Positions 39,722 through 49,469 of a DNA stretch of 60,542 bases are shown piece after piece. The number at the start of each line of letters is the position of its first letter. Position 1 is the stretch's first letter. Position numbers and translations under genes: made by a program. Location: assembly GCA_040753155.1 (NCBI GenBank), contig JBFMEU010000005.1:1-60542 (forward strand), read 5' to 3'. A model generated the notes under the pieces. That model had not been told where the DNA came from, searched no databases, and worked only from the letters and a program-made list of their open reading frames with translations. This DNA comes from Bacillota bacterium (GTDB lineage Bacteria; Bacillota; Desulfotomaculia; Desulfotomaculales; JBFMEU01).

Positions 39722-41071
39722 TCAGACCGGGTTGAGGATGTTACCGGGGTCCAGGGCCTGCTTGATGGCCCTGGCCATTTTTTGTTGCACCGGGTCGGCG
39801 CCGCCGGGTAGTTCAGTTGTGCTCGTAAAAAGCTGCCCCCCCAGGGCCCGAACAGCAGAACCCAGTTCCTCCAGTAAGTGCTCCCGGCCCTGCCAGACTT
39901 CCTCCGGCAGACTCTCCCGCAGCAGCACGGCATGCAGGTGACCGTCCCCGGCATGGCCGCAGCAGGCTATTTTAATGCCATACTTTCCGGCCAGGCGGTC
40001 AATTTCCCGCAGCACTCCGGGTACCCGGGCCACCGGAGCCACTATGTTCTGAACGCAGCAAACCGGGCTCATAGCCTTTAGTGCCCGAATGTGGCAGTGC
40101 CGGGGCCGCCAGATCCGCTCCCGGGCACTGAGGCTGTCACCAACAAAAATCTCCACCGCTCCGTGCTCCTCACACAGCCGGCCCAGGGTCTCACATCCGC
40201 CGGCCGCCCGCTCCTCGTCAGTATCTTCAATGCCTACTATCAAGCAGGCCCCGGCCTCACCGTGAGGCAGGCGGCAGTTGAGGTATTGCCCCGCCGCCCG
40301 GAGAGTCAGTCCATCCATGTACTCCAGGCAAACCGGAACCGTCTCCCCGGACATAATCCGGGGCGCCAGCCTGGCGGCCGTCTCCCGGTCCGGGAAAACC
40401 ACCAGCAAATCAGCCTCGTACCCGGGCAGGGGCGTCAGCTGCAGGTGAATTTTGGTAATCACGCCCAGGGTATCCCGGCTTCCAGCCAGCAGGGCCAGCA
40501 GGTTATAACCCGCCGCGTCTTCCCCGCCCAGGGTGGTAACCTCACCTCCGGGGAGCACCACCTCCAAACCCAATAGATGACGTAAGGCGCAGCCATATTT
40601 GGCCGCTTTACGGCCCCTGGTGTTGCCGGCAATGCAGTTGCCGATGTACACAACCTCCGGGACTTCCGGGTCACCCGCGTAAAACAGTCCCGCCTCCCGG
40701 GCCTGGCGCTGGATCCGGGCCACGGTAACCGCCGGCTCCACCACCAGGCGGCGCCCCTCGGGGTCCAGTTCCAGAATTCTATTGAACCGCTCCAGGGAGA
40801 GCAGGATGCCCCCATGCACCGGCCTTGAACCGCCTGCGCCCACGGTGGTGACGGCTATCCTTTTCTCGGCTGCCAGCCGCATCAACCGGGACAGTTCGGC
40901 GGTATCAGCCGGCCGCACCAGCACCCCCGGGCGGCCTGTTTTTTCCCCGCCGGCGGTACAAGTCCCCGGCGCGCCAGCCTTCTCCCGGCCCGGCAGGCAG
41001 AGCACATTGTTTTCCCCAACAAAATCAGCCAACCGGCTGATGATGGCCGCGTCAACTTCCCTGTGCGTCAT
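39722..41071 (-). CDS. FAD-linked oxidoreductase, GlcD/LctD-like and divergent
   Basis: VRP....E, KYG, GLEVVLP.G, GHAGDGHLH, ALDPGNILNP. Confidence 0.85.
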   Translation of the reverse strand: MTHREVDAAIISRLADFVGENNVLCLPGREKAGAPGTCTAGGEKTGRPGVLVRPADTAELSRLMRLAAEKRIAVTTVGAGGSRPVHGGILLSLERFNRILELDPEGRRLVVEPAVTVARIQRQAREAGLFYAGDPEVPEVVYIGNCIAGNTRGRKAAKYGCALRHLLGLEVVLPGGEVTTLGGEDAAGYNLLALLAGSRDTLGVITKIHLQLTPLPGYEADLLVVFPDRETAARLAPRIMSGETVPVCLEYMDGLTLRAAGQYLNCRLPHGEAGACLIVGIEDTDEERAAGGCETLGRLCEEHGAVEIFVGDSLSARERIWRPRHCHIRALKAMSPVCCVQNIVAPVARVPGVLREIDRLAGKYGIKIACCGHAGDGHLHAVLLRESLPEEVWQGREHLLEELGSAVRALGGQLFTSTTELPGGADPVQQKMARAIKQALDPGNILNPV

Positions 41072-42090
41072 GACCGAACCTCCCCCCTGGCCGACTTGAT
41101 TTCCCTGACCGCCCTGATTAATTCGGGAACCACTTCCAGGACATCGCCCACAATGCCAAAATCGGCCACCCGGAAAATCTGGGCCTCGGGATCTTCGTTA
41201 ACGGCAACCACCACCCCGGAGGTCTGCATGCCGGCCAGGTGCTGGATTTGGCCCGCCACCCCCAGGGCAATGTACAGCTTGGGTGCCACCACCTTGCCGC
41301 TAAGGCCGATCTGGTGCGGGTAGGTGGCCCAGCCCAGTTCCACGGCGGCCCGGGTTGCCCCTACGGCAGCCCCCAGTTCCCGGGCCAGTTCCTCCACCAG
41401 GCCAAACCCCTCGGGGCTTTTCATGCCGCTGCCGCCGGTGACGATAATGTCCGCTTCCTGGATGTTGACCTCCTGGGTTAAGTCCGGAATGAACGCCAAG
41501 AATTTTTCCATTAAGTTGAAGGTATCTTCAGCGGGCTGCACTTCCACCACTTCCCCCCCGCCATCCTGGCGGGACTGAGCCGGCGCAAAGGCCCGGGGCC
41601 GCACCGTGGCCATTTGGGGCCTGGTGTCGGGAGTTTTAATGGTGGCCATGATATTGCCGCCAATGGCCGGCCTGGTTTGCAGCAGCAGCCCCGTCTCCGG
41701 ATCAATGTCCAGCTCTGTGCAGTCAGCCGTCAGGCCTGTGGCCACCCCAGCCGCCACCAGAGGCATTACGGTGCGCCCGGTGGTGGTGGCCGCAGCCACC
41801 ATGATTTCCGGCCTGGTTTCCTGTATCAGCCGGATCAGTGCCCGGGCGTAGGGACCGGGCAAAAACTGGGCCAGGGATTTATGCCTGAGATAATACACCC
41901 GGTGGGCGCCCCTGGCTAGAATTTCCTCCAGGCTCACTATATTGTCACCCAGAACGGCGCAGGAAAGCTCCACCCCCAATTTATCAGCCAGCTGCCGGCC
42001 AATGTTCAGCAGCTCGAAGGTCACCTGCCTCAACCGGCCGTCCCGCTGCTCGCCCAGTACCAGTACGCCTTGATGCCTGATCTCGCTCAC
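41068..42090 (-). CDS. etfA: Electron transfer flavoprotein alpha subunit
   Basis: GLTADC, QMATVRP, QIGLSGK.V.PKLY, QHLAGM. Confidence 0.95.
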   Translation of the reverse strand: MSEIRHQGVLVLGEQRDGRLRQVTFELLNIGRQLADKLGVELSCAVLGDNIVSLEEILARGAHRVYYLRHKSLAQFLPGPYARALIRLIQETRPEIMVAAATTTGRTVMPLVAAGVATGLTADCTELDIDPETGLLLQTRPAIGGNIMATIKTPDTRPQMATVRPRAFAPAQSRQDGGGEVVEVQPAEDTFNLMEKFLAFIPDLTQEVNIQEADIIVTGGSGMKSPEGFGLVEELARELGAAVGATRAAVELGWATYPHQIGLSGKVVAPKLYIALGVAGQIQHLAGMQTSGVVVAVNEDPEAQIFRVADFGIVGDVLEVVPELIRAVREIKSARGEVRS

Positions 42091-42192
42091 CTTTACACCT
42101 CTTTCAAGCAAGCCACGCTTTATCTATTCTCATAACGCGCGCCTTTCAGTACTTTAATCCTTAGCTCCGGACATACATATGGCCAGATATTA

Positions 42193-42984
42193 TTAAAGCG
42201 AAATAAAGTCCCTTTGGGTCAGAAAATCCGTCAGCCGCCGCACCGTGACGCCGGGTACATAATAGTGCAACTCGGTATCCCGGGACAGACTGGGGCTGAA
42301 AACTTTGGTCACCCTGGTGGGGGAGGCCTTCAGACCCAGATCTTCCGGCTGCAGGCTGATTTCTGCGGGGCCCCAGACAGGCACCTCCGCCTTCCGGGCC
42401 AAAAGTTTGCTGCGCAGGGTGGGGAGCCGGGGCTGGTTCAGGTCCTTGACCACTGTAATTACCAGAGGACCCTCCACCCTGACCCGTTCAAAACCCTCCT
42501 CCACAATCCGCTCTATGGATACGGCGTTTTCTTCCAGCTCAATTTTACGCACGTAGGTCTGTACCGGCAGACCCAGCATCATAGCCACCATAGGACCCAC
42601 CTGGCCCGTTTCGCCGTCGGTGGCCCGCTCCCCGCACAATATCAGGTCTGCCGGCCCCAGTTTTGTTATGGCGGCAGCCAGGGTGCGGGCCGTGACTATG
42701 GTATCGGCCCCGCCGAAGGCCCGGTGGGACAGCAGCACAACATCGTCAACCCCCATGGCCAGGGCATCCCGCAGGGCCTTTTCCGCCGCCGGGGGGCCCA
42801 TGGAAATAGCGGTGACCCGGACGCCCTTGAACCGGGACTTGATGGCCACGGCCTCCTCCAGGGCGTGCTCGTCCAAAGGATTCACTACAGTATCCTTGCC
42901 GGTGCGGATCATGACCCCGGTTTCGGGGTTCATCTTTACATTATCAGTACCGGGCACCTGCTTTACCAGAACTACTATTCTCAC
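42193..42984 (-). CDS. etfB: Electron transfer flavoprotein beta subunit
   Basis: VKQVP, NPLD..ALE.A, SMGP, DGETGQVG. Confidence 0.95.
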   Translation of the reverse strand: MRIVVLVKQVPGTDNVKMNPETGVMIRTGKDTVVNPLDEHALEEAVAIKSRFKGVRVTAISMGPPAAEKALRDALAMGVDDVVLLSHRAFGGADTIVTARTLAAAITKLGPADLILCGERATDGETGQVGPMVAMMLGLPVQTYVRKIELEENAVSIERIVEEGFERVRVEGPLVITVVKDLNQPRLPTLRSKLLARKAEVPVWGPAEISLQPEDLGLKASPTRVTKVFSPSLSRDTELHYYVPGVTVRRLTDFLTQRDFISL

Positions 42985-43082
42985 TCTTACACCTCCGTTT
43001 GAAGCAAGTAAAATGTATAAGGCAACTCAATTTAAACAAGTTTGTTTTGGGTCGTGGGTTAAAAAGTATCTAGTTATGTTGA

Positions 43083-43345
43083 CACTGCAGCAAGTGATAT
43101 CCCTGGGGCTCATAAGCTGCGCGCCGAAAAGACCAGGGCTCGTCGTTAAGCGGGGCTAAAGGCCCTGCAAATTGTGCGCGGCAGGCTTGCTGCTTAAAAA
43201 AACCGACCTATTGGGCAGTTCTTTTTGGCGTCTCACCTGGTGATACCGGCACGTTTCGGCCTTAAGCCCCGCTATACTCCCACGCCGGGTCTTTTTAGCG
43301 GCGCTCCGCTAAATCGCCTTACGGGATATGCACCTGCTGCTGTGC
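43083..43345. repeat. About 260 bp imperfect fold-back, MITE-like or structured RNA
   Basis: Nested arms GCAGCA/TGCTGC, ATATCCC/GGGATAT, AAAAGACC/GGTCTTTT, AGCGGGGCT/AGCCCCGCT, AAGGCC/GGCCTT. Confidence 0.7.
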
Positions 43346-43541
43346 ATTATTTTGTACGGATCTTGATTACAACAGAACCTTGGTTTTCTCATTCTGACTC
43401 CTGACTCCTGACTCCTGAATTCTGAATACCTGAAAACATTGCACATGTGATTAATATACACCGCAATAACTTCCTTGACAACCGTCTGGCTAATGATTAC
43501 ACGTCAGGCGCCTTTTACCGGAGTCTGCCGACCCGGAAGTA

Positions 43542-43559
43542 AATGATTGAACATTCATT
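43542..43559. promoter_or_regulatory. Putative TetR-type operator
   Basis: AATGATT-gaac-ATTCATT, one arm mismatch from the palindrome at 7827-7844. Confidence 0.5.
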
Positions 43560-43598
43560 AGCGGAAGATTATAATGGTAATCAGCAACCTGTAAGAAG

Positions 43599-44429
43599 GT
43601 GGTAAGTATTTTTACGATAAAAAACCACGGCCCCATAACCGTGTTCAAAATGGGCCGCAGCATCCTGGGCAGAACCCTTTACCCGGTACATAGCTACCTT
43701 ATCGGCAGCCTGCTGGTGGACACCGGCGCCCGGGTGGCCGGCCGGGCACTGGCGGGCGCCTTGAATGATTATTGCCTGGACACCATTGTGAACACCCATT
43801 ACCATGAGGACCATACCGGCAATAACTGGCTCTTCACCACCCGTCCCGGGATCAAAATCTTGGTCCACCCGGGGTCTCTGCCCTACCTGGCCGATCCCCG
43901 GCTCATCGGTATGCAGCTTTACCGCCGGATTACCTGGGGCGTGCCCGGGCCTTCCCTGGGCACGCCCATCGGGCGCGAGCTGAAAACAGAAAGCCACACC
44001 TTCCAGGTTATCCACACCCCGGGGCACACCCGGGACCACATCTGCCTTTATGAGCCCTCGAAGGGCTGGCTGTTCACCGGGGATCTGTTCTGCAGTGAAA
44101 AAGTAACCCACTTTACCCCGGAGGAGGACTTTGCCGCCACCATGAGCAGCCTGGCCAAGGTGGCCGCCCTGAACGTGGACACAGTTTTCTGCAGCCTGCG
44201 GGGAATTATTCCCGGCGGCCGCAGGGCCCTGGAAAGGAAAATGGAATACTGGGACAACCTTAGGGAACAGGTCCTGGAACTCCGCCGGCGGGGATTCCGG
44301 CCGGATCAGATTAGAAAAGAGCTGCTGGGCTCCGAGGGAACGCTGAATTTTGTCAGCCGGGGCCACTTCTCCAAACAGCGCCTGATTGATTCCATCCTTA
44401 AAACAACCAGTGCAGAAAACACCCTGTAA
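43599..44429 (+). CDS. Metallo-beta-lactamase-fold hydrolase
   Basis: THYHEDHTG, TPGHT, FTGD. Confidence 0.9.
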   Translation: MVSIFTIKNHGPITVFKMGRSILGRTLYPVHSYLIGSLLVDTGARVAGRALAGALNDYCLDTIVNTHYHEDHTGNNWLFTTRPGIKILVHPGSLPYLADPRLIGMQLYRRITWGVPGPSLGTPIGRELKTESHTFQVIHTPGHTRDHICLYEPSKGWLFTGDLFCSEKVTHFTPEEDFAATMSSLAKVAALNVDTVFCSLRGIIPGGRRALERKMEYWDNLREQVLELRRRGFRPDQIRKELLGSEGTLNFVSRGHFSKQRLIDSILKTTSAENTL

Positions 44430-44552
44430 GCCGGACGGTCACCAGGCGCCTATTAACGCCTTGCCCATTGCAGATTCCTTAGTGGCCTCTTCAACCCTAA
44501 CGAGCTATTTGGTATAATCAGGTGAAAAATCTGATAAGGAGGTTTTCTGGCT

Positions 44553-45152
44553 ATGGGAAAGGACAAAACCACAAAGCCGGATTACTTGATCAGAGAACAA
44601 CCCGTAACATACGAGGATTACGCAAATCTGCCGGATGACGGAATTCGCTACGAAATAAACGATGGACGACTGGAAGTCATGACACCGAGCCCGAATCCGC
44701 TGCACCAGTTTGTAGTGCAGCAGATAGAGCACCGTATGATGCAGAATTGTTCACGGGAATATGTTGTTCTTTTGGCTCCAATTGATTTGATCTTGTCGGA
44801 AACGGAGGTGCGCCAGCCGGATATAGTCATGATCCACCGCGACAGACTGTCCATCATCACAAAACGGGGCATTGAAGGACCTCCTGACCTGGTCGTCGAG
44901 GTACTGTCGCCCTACTCGGCCAAACGCGACCGACAGCAAAAATTACATGCCTATGCCAAATATCTCATTCCGGAATACTGGATCGTGGATATCAATAATG
45001 AGCTGCTTGAACAATATGTCCTGACGGAACAACAATATGCGTTATTGGAAGTCTTTCAGGAAGACGAACCTGTTCATTCCGGGAAATTTCCCTGCATCTC
45101 CTTTACAATGCGCGATATTATGGACAATATCCCCGATTTGCCCAATTTCTAA
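44553..45152 (+). CDS. Uma2-family endonuclease
   Basis: QPD, PDLVVEVLSP..DR..K..Y, EYWIVD. Confidence 0.92.
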   Translation: MGKDKTTKPDYLIREQPVTYEDYANLPDDGIRYEINDGRLEVMTPSPNPLHQFVVQQIEHRMMQNCSREYVVLLAPIDLILSETEVRQPDIVMIHRDRLSIITKRGIEGPPDLVVEVLSPYSAKRDRQQKLHAYAKYLIPEYWIVDINNELLEQYVLTEQQYALLEVFQEDEPVHSGKFPCISFTMRDIMDNIPDLPNF

Positions 45153-45230
45153 TAATTAATCGACATAAGGTGTCCCCTCGTACCGGCAATATTCGAAACT
45201 ATAGAGACGGCGGCACAAAATCATCCGGAA

Positions 45231-45314
45231 AGCCGAGTTCATACTGGACTTAACCGCCTTTTGAAACCCGCCGCCTACAGAGGCAGGGGTCTTAGGGCGG
45301 ATTAGTTCAGTGAT
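45231..45314 (+). repeat. Family A element, second module only
   Basis: AGCCGAGTTCATACTGGACTTAACCGCC...GGCGGATTAGTTCAGTGAT. Confidence 0.85.
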
Positions 45315-45379
45315 GAAGGCATCCGGGAATTCTGACGGCGCATGTATAGTAAACAGAATAACCGGCCATACTGTAATCA

Positions 45380-45598
45380 AGGTAAGGTCAGGTAAGCTCC
45401 ATAAATTGTTTTGGCTCACAGCAGCCTCGCATTTTTGGAGATACCGGCCTTGCCTGTTTTTTTAGCTTTTTTTCAGCAACCGGGTATAGCTGGCGGGGAA
45501 ACCGGTCATACTTATTCTTGGTAAGGTCAGGTACTCCATTGTTGTTCACGGCTCCCTGCGAGCCACGCGGTTTTGGAGGCGCCTGGCCTTACCTGTTT
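45380..45598 (+). repeat. Two tandem related long hairpins
   Basis: GGTAAGGTCAGGTA(AG)CTCCA...TGGAG..GGCCTT(G/A)CCTGTTTT at 45381-45460 and 45520-45599. Confidence 0.7.
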
Positions 45599-45672
45599 TA
45601 TCCGGGACAAGAGCCCGGTTTTCGTGTTATATTGAGGGTAACAGGCTTTAATGGCAAAACGGAGGTGTGGTC

Positions 45673-47625
45673 ATGAACCGGACAGTGCGCACGGTATGTC
45701 CCCTGGATTGCCCGGACAGCTGCAGCCTGCTGGTGGAAGTGTCCGCCGGACGGGCGGTTAAGCTTAGAGGCGACCCCGGCCACCCCGTGACCAGAGGCTT
45801 TATCTGCAGCAAGGGGCAAAAACATTTGCGCCGGCTTTATGACCCCTACCGGCTGCAGACCCCGCTGCTGCGCCGTGGAGATGACTGGCAGCCGGTATCC
45901 TGGGACACCGCTTACCAGGTTATGGCCCGGCGCCTGGGCGACATTGCCGCCCGGGACGGGTCCCGGGCTATTTTGCACCATGACACCAGCGGCCACAACG
46001 GCCTGCTCAGGGGCCTGGCCGCCCGGTTTTTCAACGCCCTGGGCGGCGCCACCGTCCCCTGGGGCAGCCTGTGCTGGGGCAGCGGCTACGCCGCCCAGCA
46101 GCTGGACTTCGGCGCCCTGTACGCCCACAGCTGGGAAGACCTCAGAAATGCCGGAACCATAGTCCTCTGGGGCCGCGACCCCTCCCGCACCAATTTGCAC
46201 CTGCTGCCTTTCCTCAGGGAGGCCACGCAGCAGGGGGCCGTGCTTATGGTGATAAACCCGGCCTATGTTGAACTGCCGGCGCCCGTCCGCCTGCAGGCCT
46301 CACCCCGGCCCGGAACTGACGGGGCCCTGGCCCTGGGGATGGCCGCCGTTATAATCCGGGATAACCTGGTTAACCCTTATTTCATAGCCAACCACACCAC
46401 TGGCTTTGACAGGTTCAAAGAACTGGCCGGCGAGTTTACCCCGGACCGGGTTGAGGCCCTTACCGGGGTTCCGGCCCGGGTAGTTGAAAGCCTGGCCCAT
46501 ACCTACGCCGGCAATGGGCCGTCGGCCATCTTGCTGGGCTACGGCCTGCAGCGCTACGTCAACGGGGGGACCACGGTGCGGGCCATCGACGCCCTGGCCG
46601 CCCTCACCGGCAACATCGGCGTCCCCGGTGGCGGCGCCAACTATGTGAGCCAGCACTGGCGCGGCTTCTTCAATGATGTGACGGGGGCGGAAATGGGCAG
46701 CCGGCGCCGGCTCTCCTGGCCCCGGCTGGGCCGGGCCATCTTAGAGGCGGACAGCCCGCCGGTGCGCAGCATTGTGGTGACCAGGTCCAACCCGGTTACC
46801 CAGTTGCCGGACACCAATGCGGTGCTGGAGGCTTTCCGCCGGGCCGAGTTTGTAGTAGTGGTGGACCAGTTCATGACCGACACCGCCGGCCTGGCCCACC
46901 TGGTGCTGCCCTGCACCCATTTCCTGGAGGATGACGACCTGGTTTACTCCTCCTGGTCCAACTATCTTTTCCTGGCCAATCAGGCTGTGCCGCCCCCGGG
47001 CCAGTGCAAGCCGGACTACCGGATTTTCAGCGAGCTGGCGGAGATCATGGAACTGCCCGGATTTCCCCGGCTTACCCCGTACCAGTGGCTGGCCTGGGCC
47101 CTGGAGCCGGCCACTGCAAAATACGGAATCACTTTGGAACAGCTGCGGCAGGGTCCGGTGCGCCACCCGGAGATGGGGCCGGTGGCCTGGGCGGATAAAA
47201 AGTTTAAAACACCCTCCGGCAAGTTTGAATTTTATGATGGCAGCTATGTAAGCCCCGGGTATCTGACCACGCCGGGCTACCCCCTGTGCCTGATTACACC
47301 GCACCACCGGGACTACCTGCACTCCCAGTATTACAACCTGGACCGGGAGCAGTGGTCATCCCTGCCGGAGGTGGACCTCCACCCCGCCACAGCGGGGGCT
47401 TTGGGAATTAACCACGGGGACACGGTGGCGGTTGTTTCCCCCGCCGGCCGCATCAGGGCGGCGGCCCGGGTCACCGGTGCCGTAAGCCCCTATATGGCCC
47501 GCATTTTTCAGGGCAAGTGGATTCAGCAGCAGGGGGGCGTGAACTTCCTCACCCTCGGGCAGGAGCCCGACCTGGGCCTGGGCACACCGTATTACGACTG
47601 TCCCTGCCGGGTTGAAAGGATCTGA
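45673..47625 (+). CDS. Molybdopterin-dependent oxidoreductase
   Basis: CPLDCPDSC..C.KG Fe-S motif, PRPGTDGAL, DQFMTDTA. Confidence 0.93.
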   Translation: MNRTVRTVCPLDCPDSCSLLVEVSAGRAVKLRGDPGHPVTRGFICSKGQKHLRRLYDPYRLQTPLLRRGDDWQPVSWDTAYQVMARRLGDIAARDGSRAILHHDTSGHNGLLRGLAARFFNALGGATVPWGSLCWGSGYAAQQLDFGALYAHSWEDLRNAGTIVLWGRDPSRTNLHLLPFLREATQQGAVLMVINPAYVELPAPVRLQASPRPGTDGALALGMAAVIIRDNLVNPYFIANHTTGFDRFKELAGEFTPDRVEALTGVPARVVESLAHTYAGNGPSAILLGYGLQRYVNGGTTVRAIDALAALTGNIGVPGGGANYVSQHWRGFFNDVTGAEMGSRRRLSWPRLGRAILEADSPPVRSIVVTRSNPVTQLPDTNAVLEAFRRAEFVVVVDQFMTDTAGLAHLVLPCTHFLEDDDLVYSSWSNYLFLANQAVPPPGQCKPDYRIFSELAEIMELPGFPRLTPYQWLAWALEPATAKYGITLEQLRQGPVRHPEMGPVAWADKKFKTPSGKFEFYDGSYVSPGYLTTPGYPLCLITPHHRDYLHSQYYNLDREQWSSLPEVDLHPATAGALGINHGDTVAVVSPAGRIRAAARVTGAVSPYMARIFQGKWIQQQGGVNFLTLGQEPDLGLGTPYYDCPCRVERI

Positions 47626-47698
47626 ACTAAAAAATATATTGGGGATCCGCTAAACACAACAACCCAACACTAATATTCACTATCAGGGGAGAATCGTT

Positions 47699-48616
47699 AT
47701 GAACGTTATCGTGGCTGAAAACCTCTATAAAAACTACAACGGCCTGCAGGCCGTGGCGGGCATCAGTTTCAGCGTGCGGGCAAGGGAGAGCTTCGGCATC
47801 CTGGGCCCCAACGGGGCCGGCAAAAGCAGCACCGTGAGCATGATTTACGGCTTTTCCCCGCTGTCGGCGGGACGTCTGACGGTGCTGGGTCTGGATATCA
47901 CCCGGCAGGCCAGGACCGTCAAGGCCCGGCTGGGGGTGGTGCCCCAGGAAAATAATCTTGACGTTGACCTGACGGTACTGCAAAACCTGCTGGTTTACGC
48001 CAGCTATTTCAGCATCCCCGGGCCGGCGGCCCGCGCCAGGGCCCTGGAACTGCTGAAATTCTTCAGCCTGGAAGAAAAGGCCGGGGAGAAAGTGGAAAAG
48101 CTTTCCGGCGGCATGAAGCGGCGCCTGACCATCGCCCGGGCCCTGGTTAACAACCCCGAAATTATTATCCTGGATGAACCCACCACCGGCCTGGACCCCC
48201 ACGCCCGGCACCTGGTCTGGCAGCAAATGCGGGCCTTAAAGGAGCAGGGGGTGACCATCGTCCTGACCACCCACTACCTGGAGGAGGCCCACCAGCTGTG
48301 TGACCGCCTGCTGATCATGGACCGGGGAGTAATCCTGGACGAGGGGCGCCCGGATGATCTGGTGGACCGGCATACCGGCCCCGAGGTGCTGGAGGCGGGC
48401 GGCGGGGCGGCCCTGAAGGAGGAAATACTGCCCCGGATAGCCGGGCTGGCCCGGGACCACCTGGCCATGGGCGACACCCTGTACCTTTACCCCCGGGACG
48501 GGCAGGCGCTGCTGGCAGTCTTGCAGGGGTTGCCCCACCGGTTCAGCCGCCTGGTACTGCGGCAGGCCACCCTGGAGGACGTTTTTTTCAAACTCACCGG
48601 AAGGGGGCTGCAGTAA
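47699..48616 (+). CDS. ABC exporter ATP-binding protein (NodI/DrrA-like)
   Basis: GPNGAGKS, LSGGM, LDEPTTGLD. Confidence 0.95.
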   Translation: MNVIVAENLYKNYNGLQAVAGISFSVRARESFGILGPNGAGKSSTVSMIYGFSPLSAGRLTVLGLDITRQARTVKARLGVVPQENNLDVDLTVLQNLLVYASYFSIPGPAARARALELLKFFSLEEKAGEKVEKLSGGMKRRLTIARALVNNPEIIILDEPTTGLDPHARHLVWQQMRALKEQGVTIVLTTHYLEEAHQLCDRLLIMDRGVILDEGRPDDLVDRHTGPEVLEAGGGAALKEEILPRIAGLARDHLAMGDTLYLYPRDGQALLAVLQGLPHRFSRLVLRQATLEDVFFKLTGRGLQ

Positions 48617-49395
48617 TGCTTGGACGGCTTAAAATGGACCTGTCTCCCCTGGTGTTCCGGGTACTGCAAAGACACCTGACGGTGTACGCCAGGAACTGGC
48701 GGGTCAGCGTGTCCCTGAATTTCATCGAGCCACTGCTGTTCATCACCGCCCTGGGCATCGGCCTGGGGGCCTATGTCCAGCCTATGGAGGGACTGCCCTA
48801 TCTGAACTACCTGGCCCCGGGGATTATCGCCTCCTCGGCCATGTACGCCACCTGCTACGAGTGTACCTACGGCACCTTCATCCGGCTGGAATACCAGAAA
48901 ACCTTTCAGGCCATGGTGGCCACGCCCTTGAGCATGGACGACGTAATCCTGGGAGAAATGCTGTGGGGAACCTTTAAAAGTATGCTGTACGCCACCATCA
49001 TATTGCTGGTGATTACGGTCCTGGGGCTGGTGGCCTCCCCCTGGGCGCTGCTGATCCCCTTGGTGGCGGCCGCGGCGGGGATGCAATTTGCCGTGCTGTC
49101 CATGCTGTGGATCGGCCTGGTACCCAACATTGACAGCTTCAACCACTTTTTCACCCTGTTTTTGACCCCGCTGTTTCTGTTTTCCGGCGTGTTCTTCCCC
49201 CTCAGCGGGCTGCACCCGGTGGCCCAGTCCCTGGCCTGGCTCAGCCCCCTGTACCATGTGGTCACTCTTACCCGCAGCCTGGTGCTGGGCGATGTCGGCC
49301 CGGCCCTGCTGATTCACTTCCTCTGGCTGGTGACGCTCACCGCCCTGCTCTTACCCTTCACCATGTACCTGATGCGCAGGCTGGTAATCAAATAA
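48616..49395 (+). CDS. ABC-2 permease (NodJ-like)
   Basis: Six TM segments, FSGVFFPL, coupled to the ATPase. Confidence 0.92.
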   Translation: MLGRLKMDLSPLVFRVLQRHLTVYARNWRVSVSLNFIEPLLFITALGIGLGAYVQPMEGLPYLNYLAPGIIASSAMYATCYECTYGTFIRLEYQKTFQAMVATPLSMDDVILGEMLWGTFKSMLYATIILLVITVLGLVASPWALLIPLVAAAAGMQFAVLSMLWIGLVPNIDSFNHFFTLFLTPLFLFSGVFFPLSGLHPVAQSLAWLSPLYHVVTLTRSLVLGDVGPALLIHFLWLVTLTALLLPFTMYLMRRLVIK

Positions 49396-49469
49396 AGCCA
49401 AAAACCCTTTCCGATAATTTCCATAATGAATACCCCCCTATCAAGGGGGGTATTCGCTTCAATTACATT

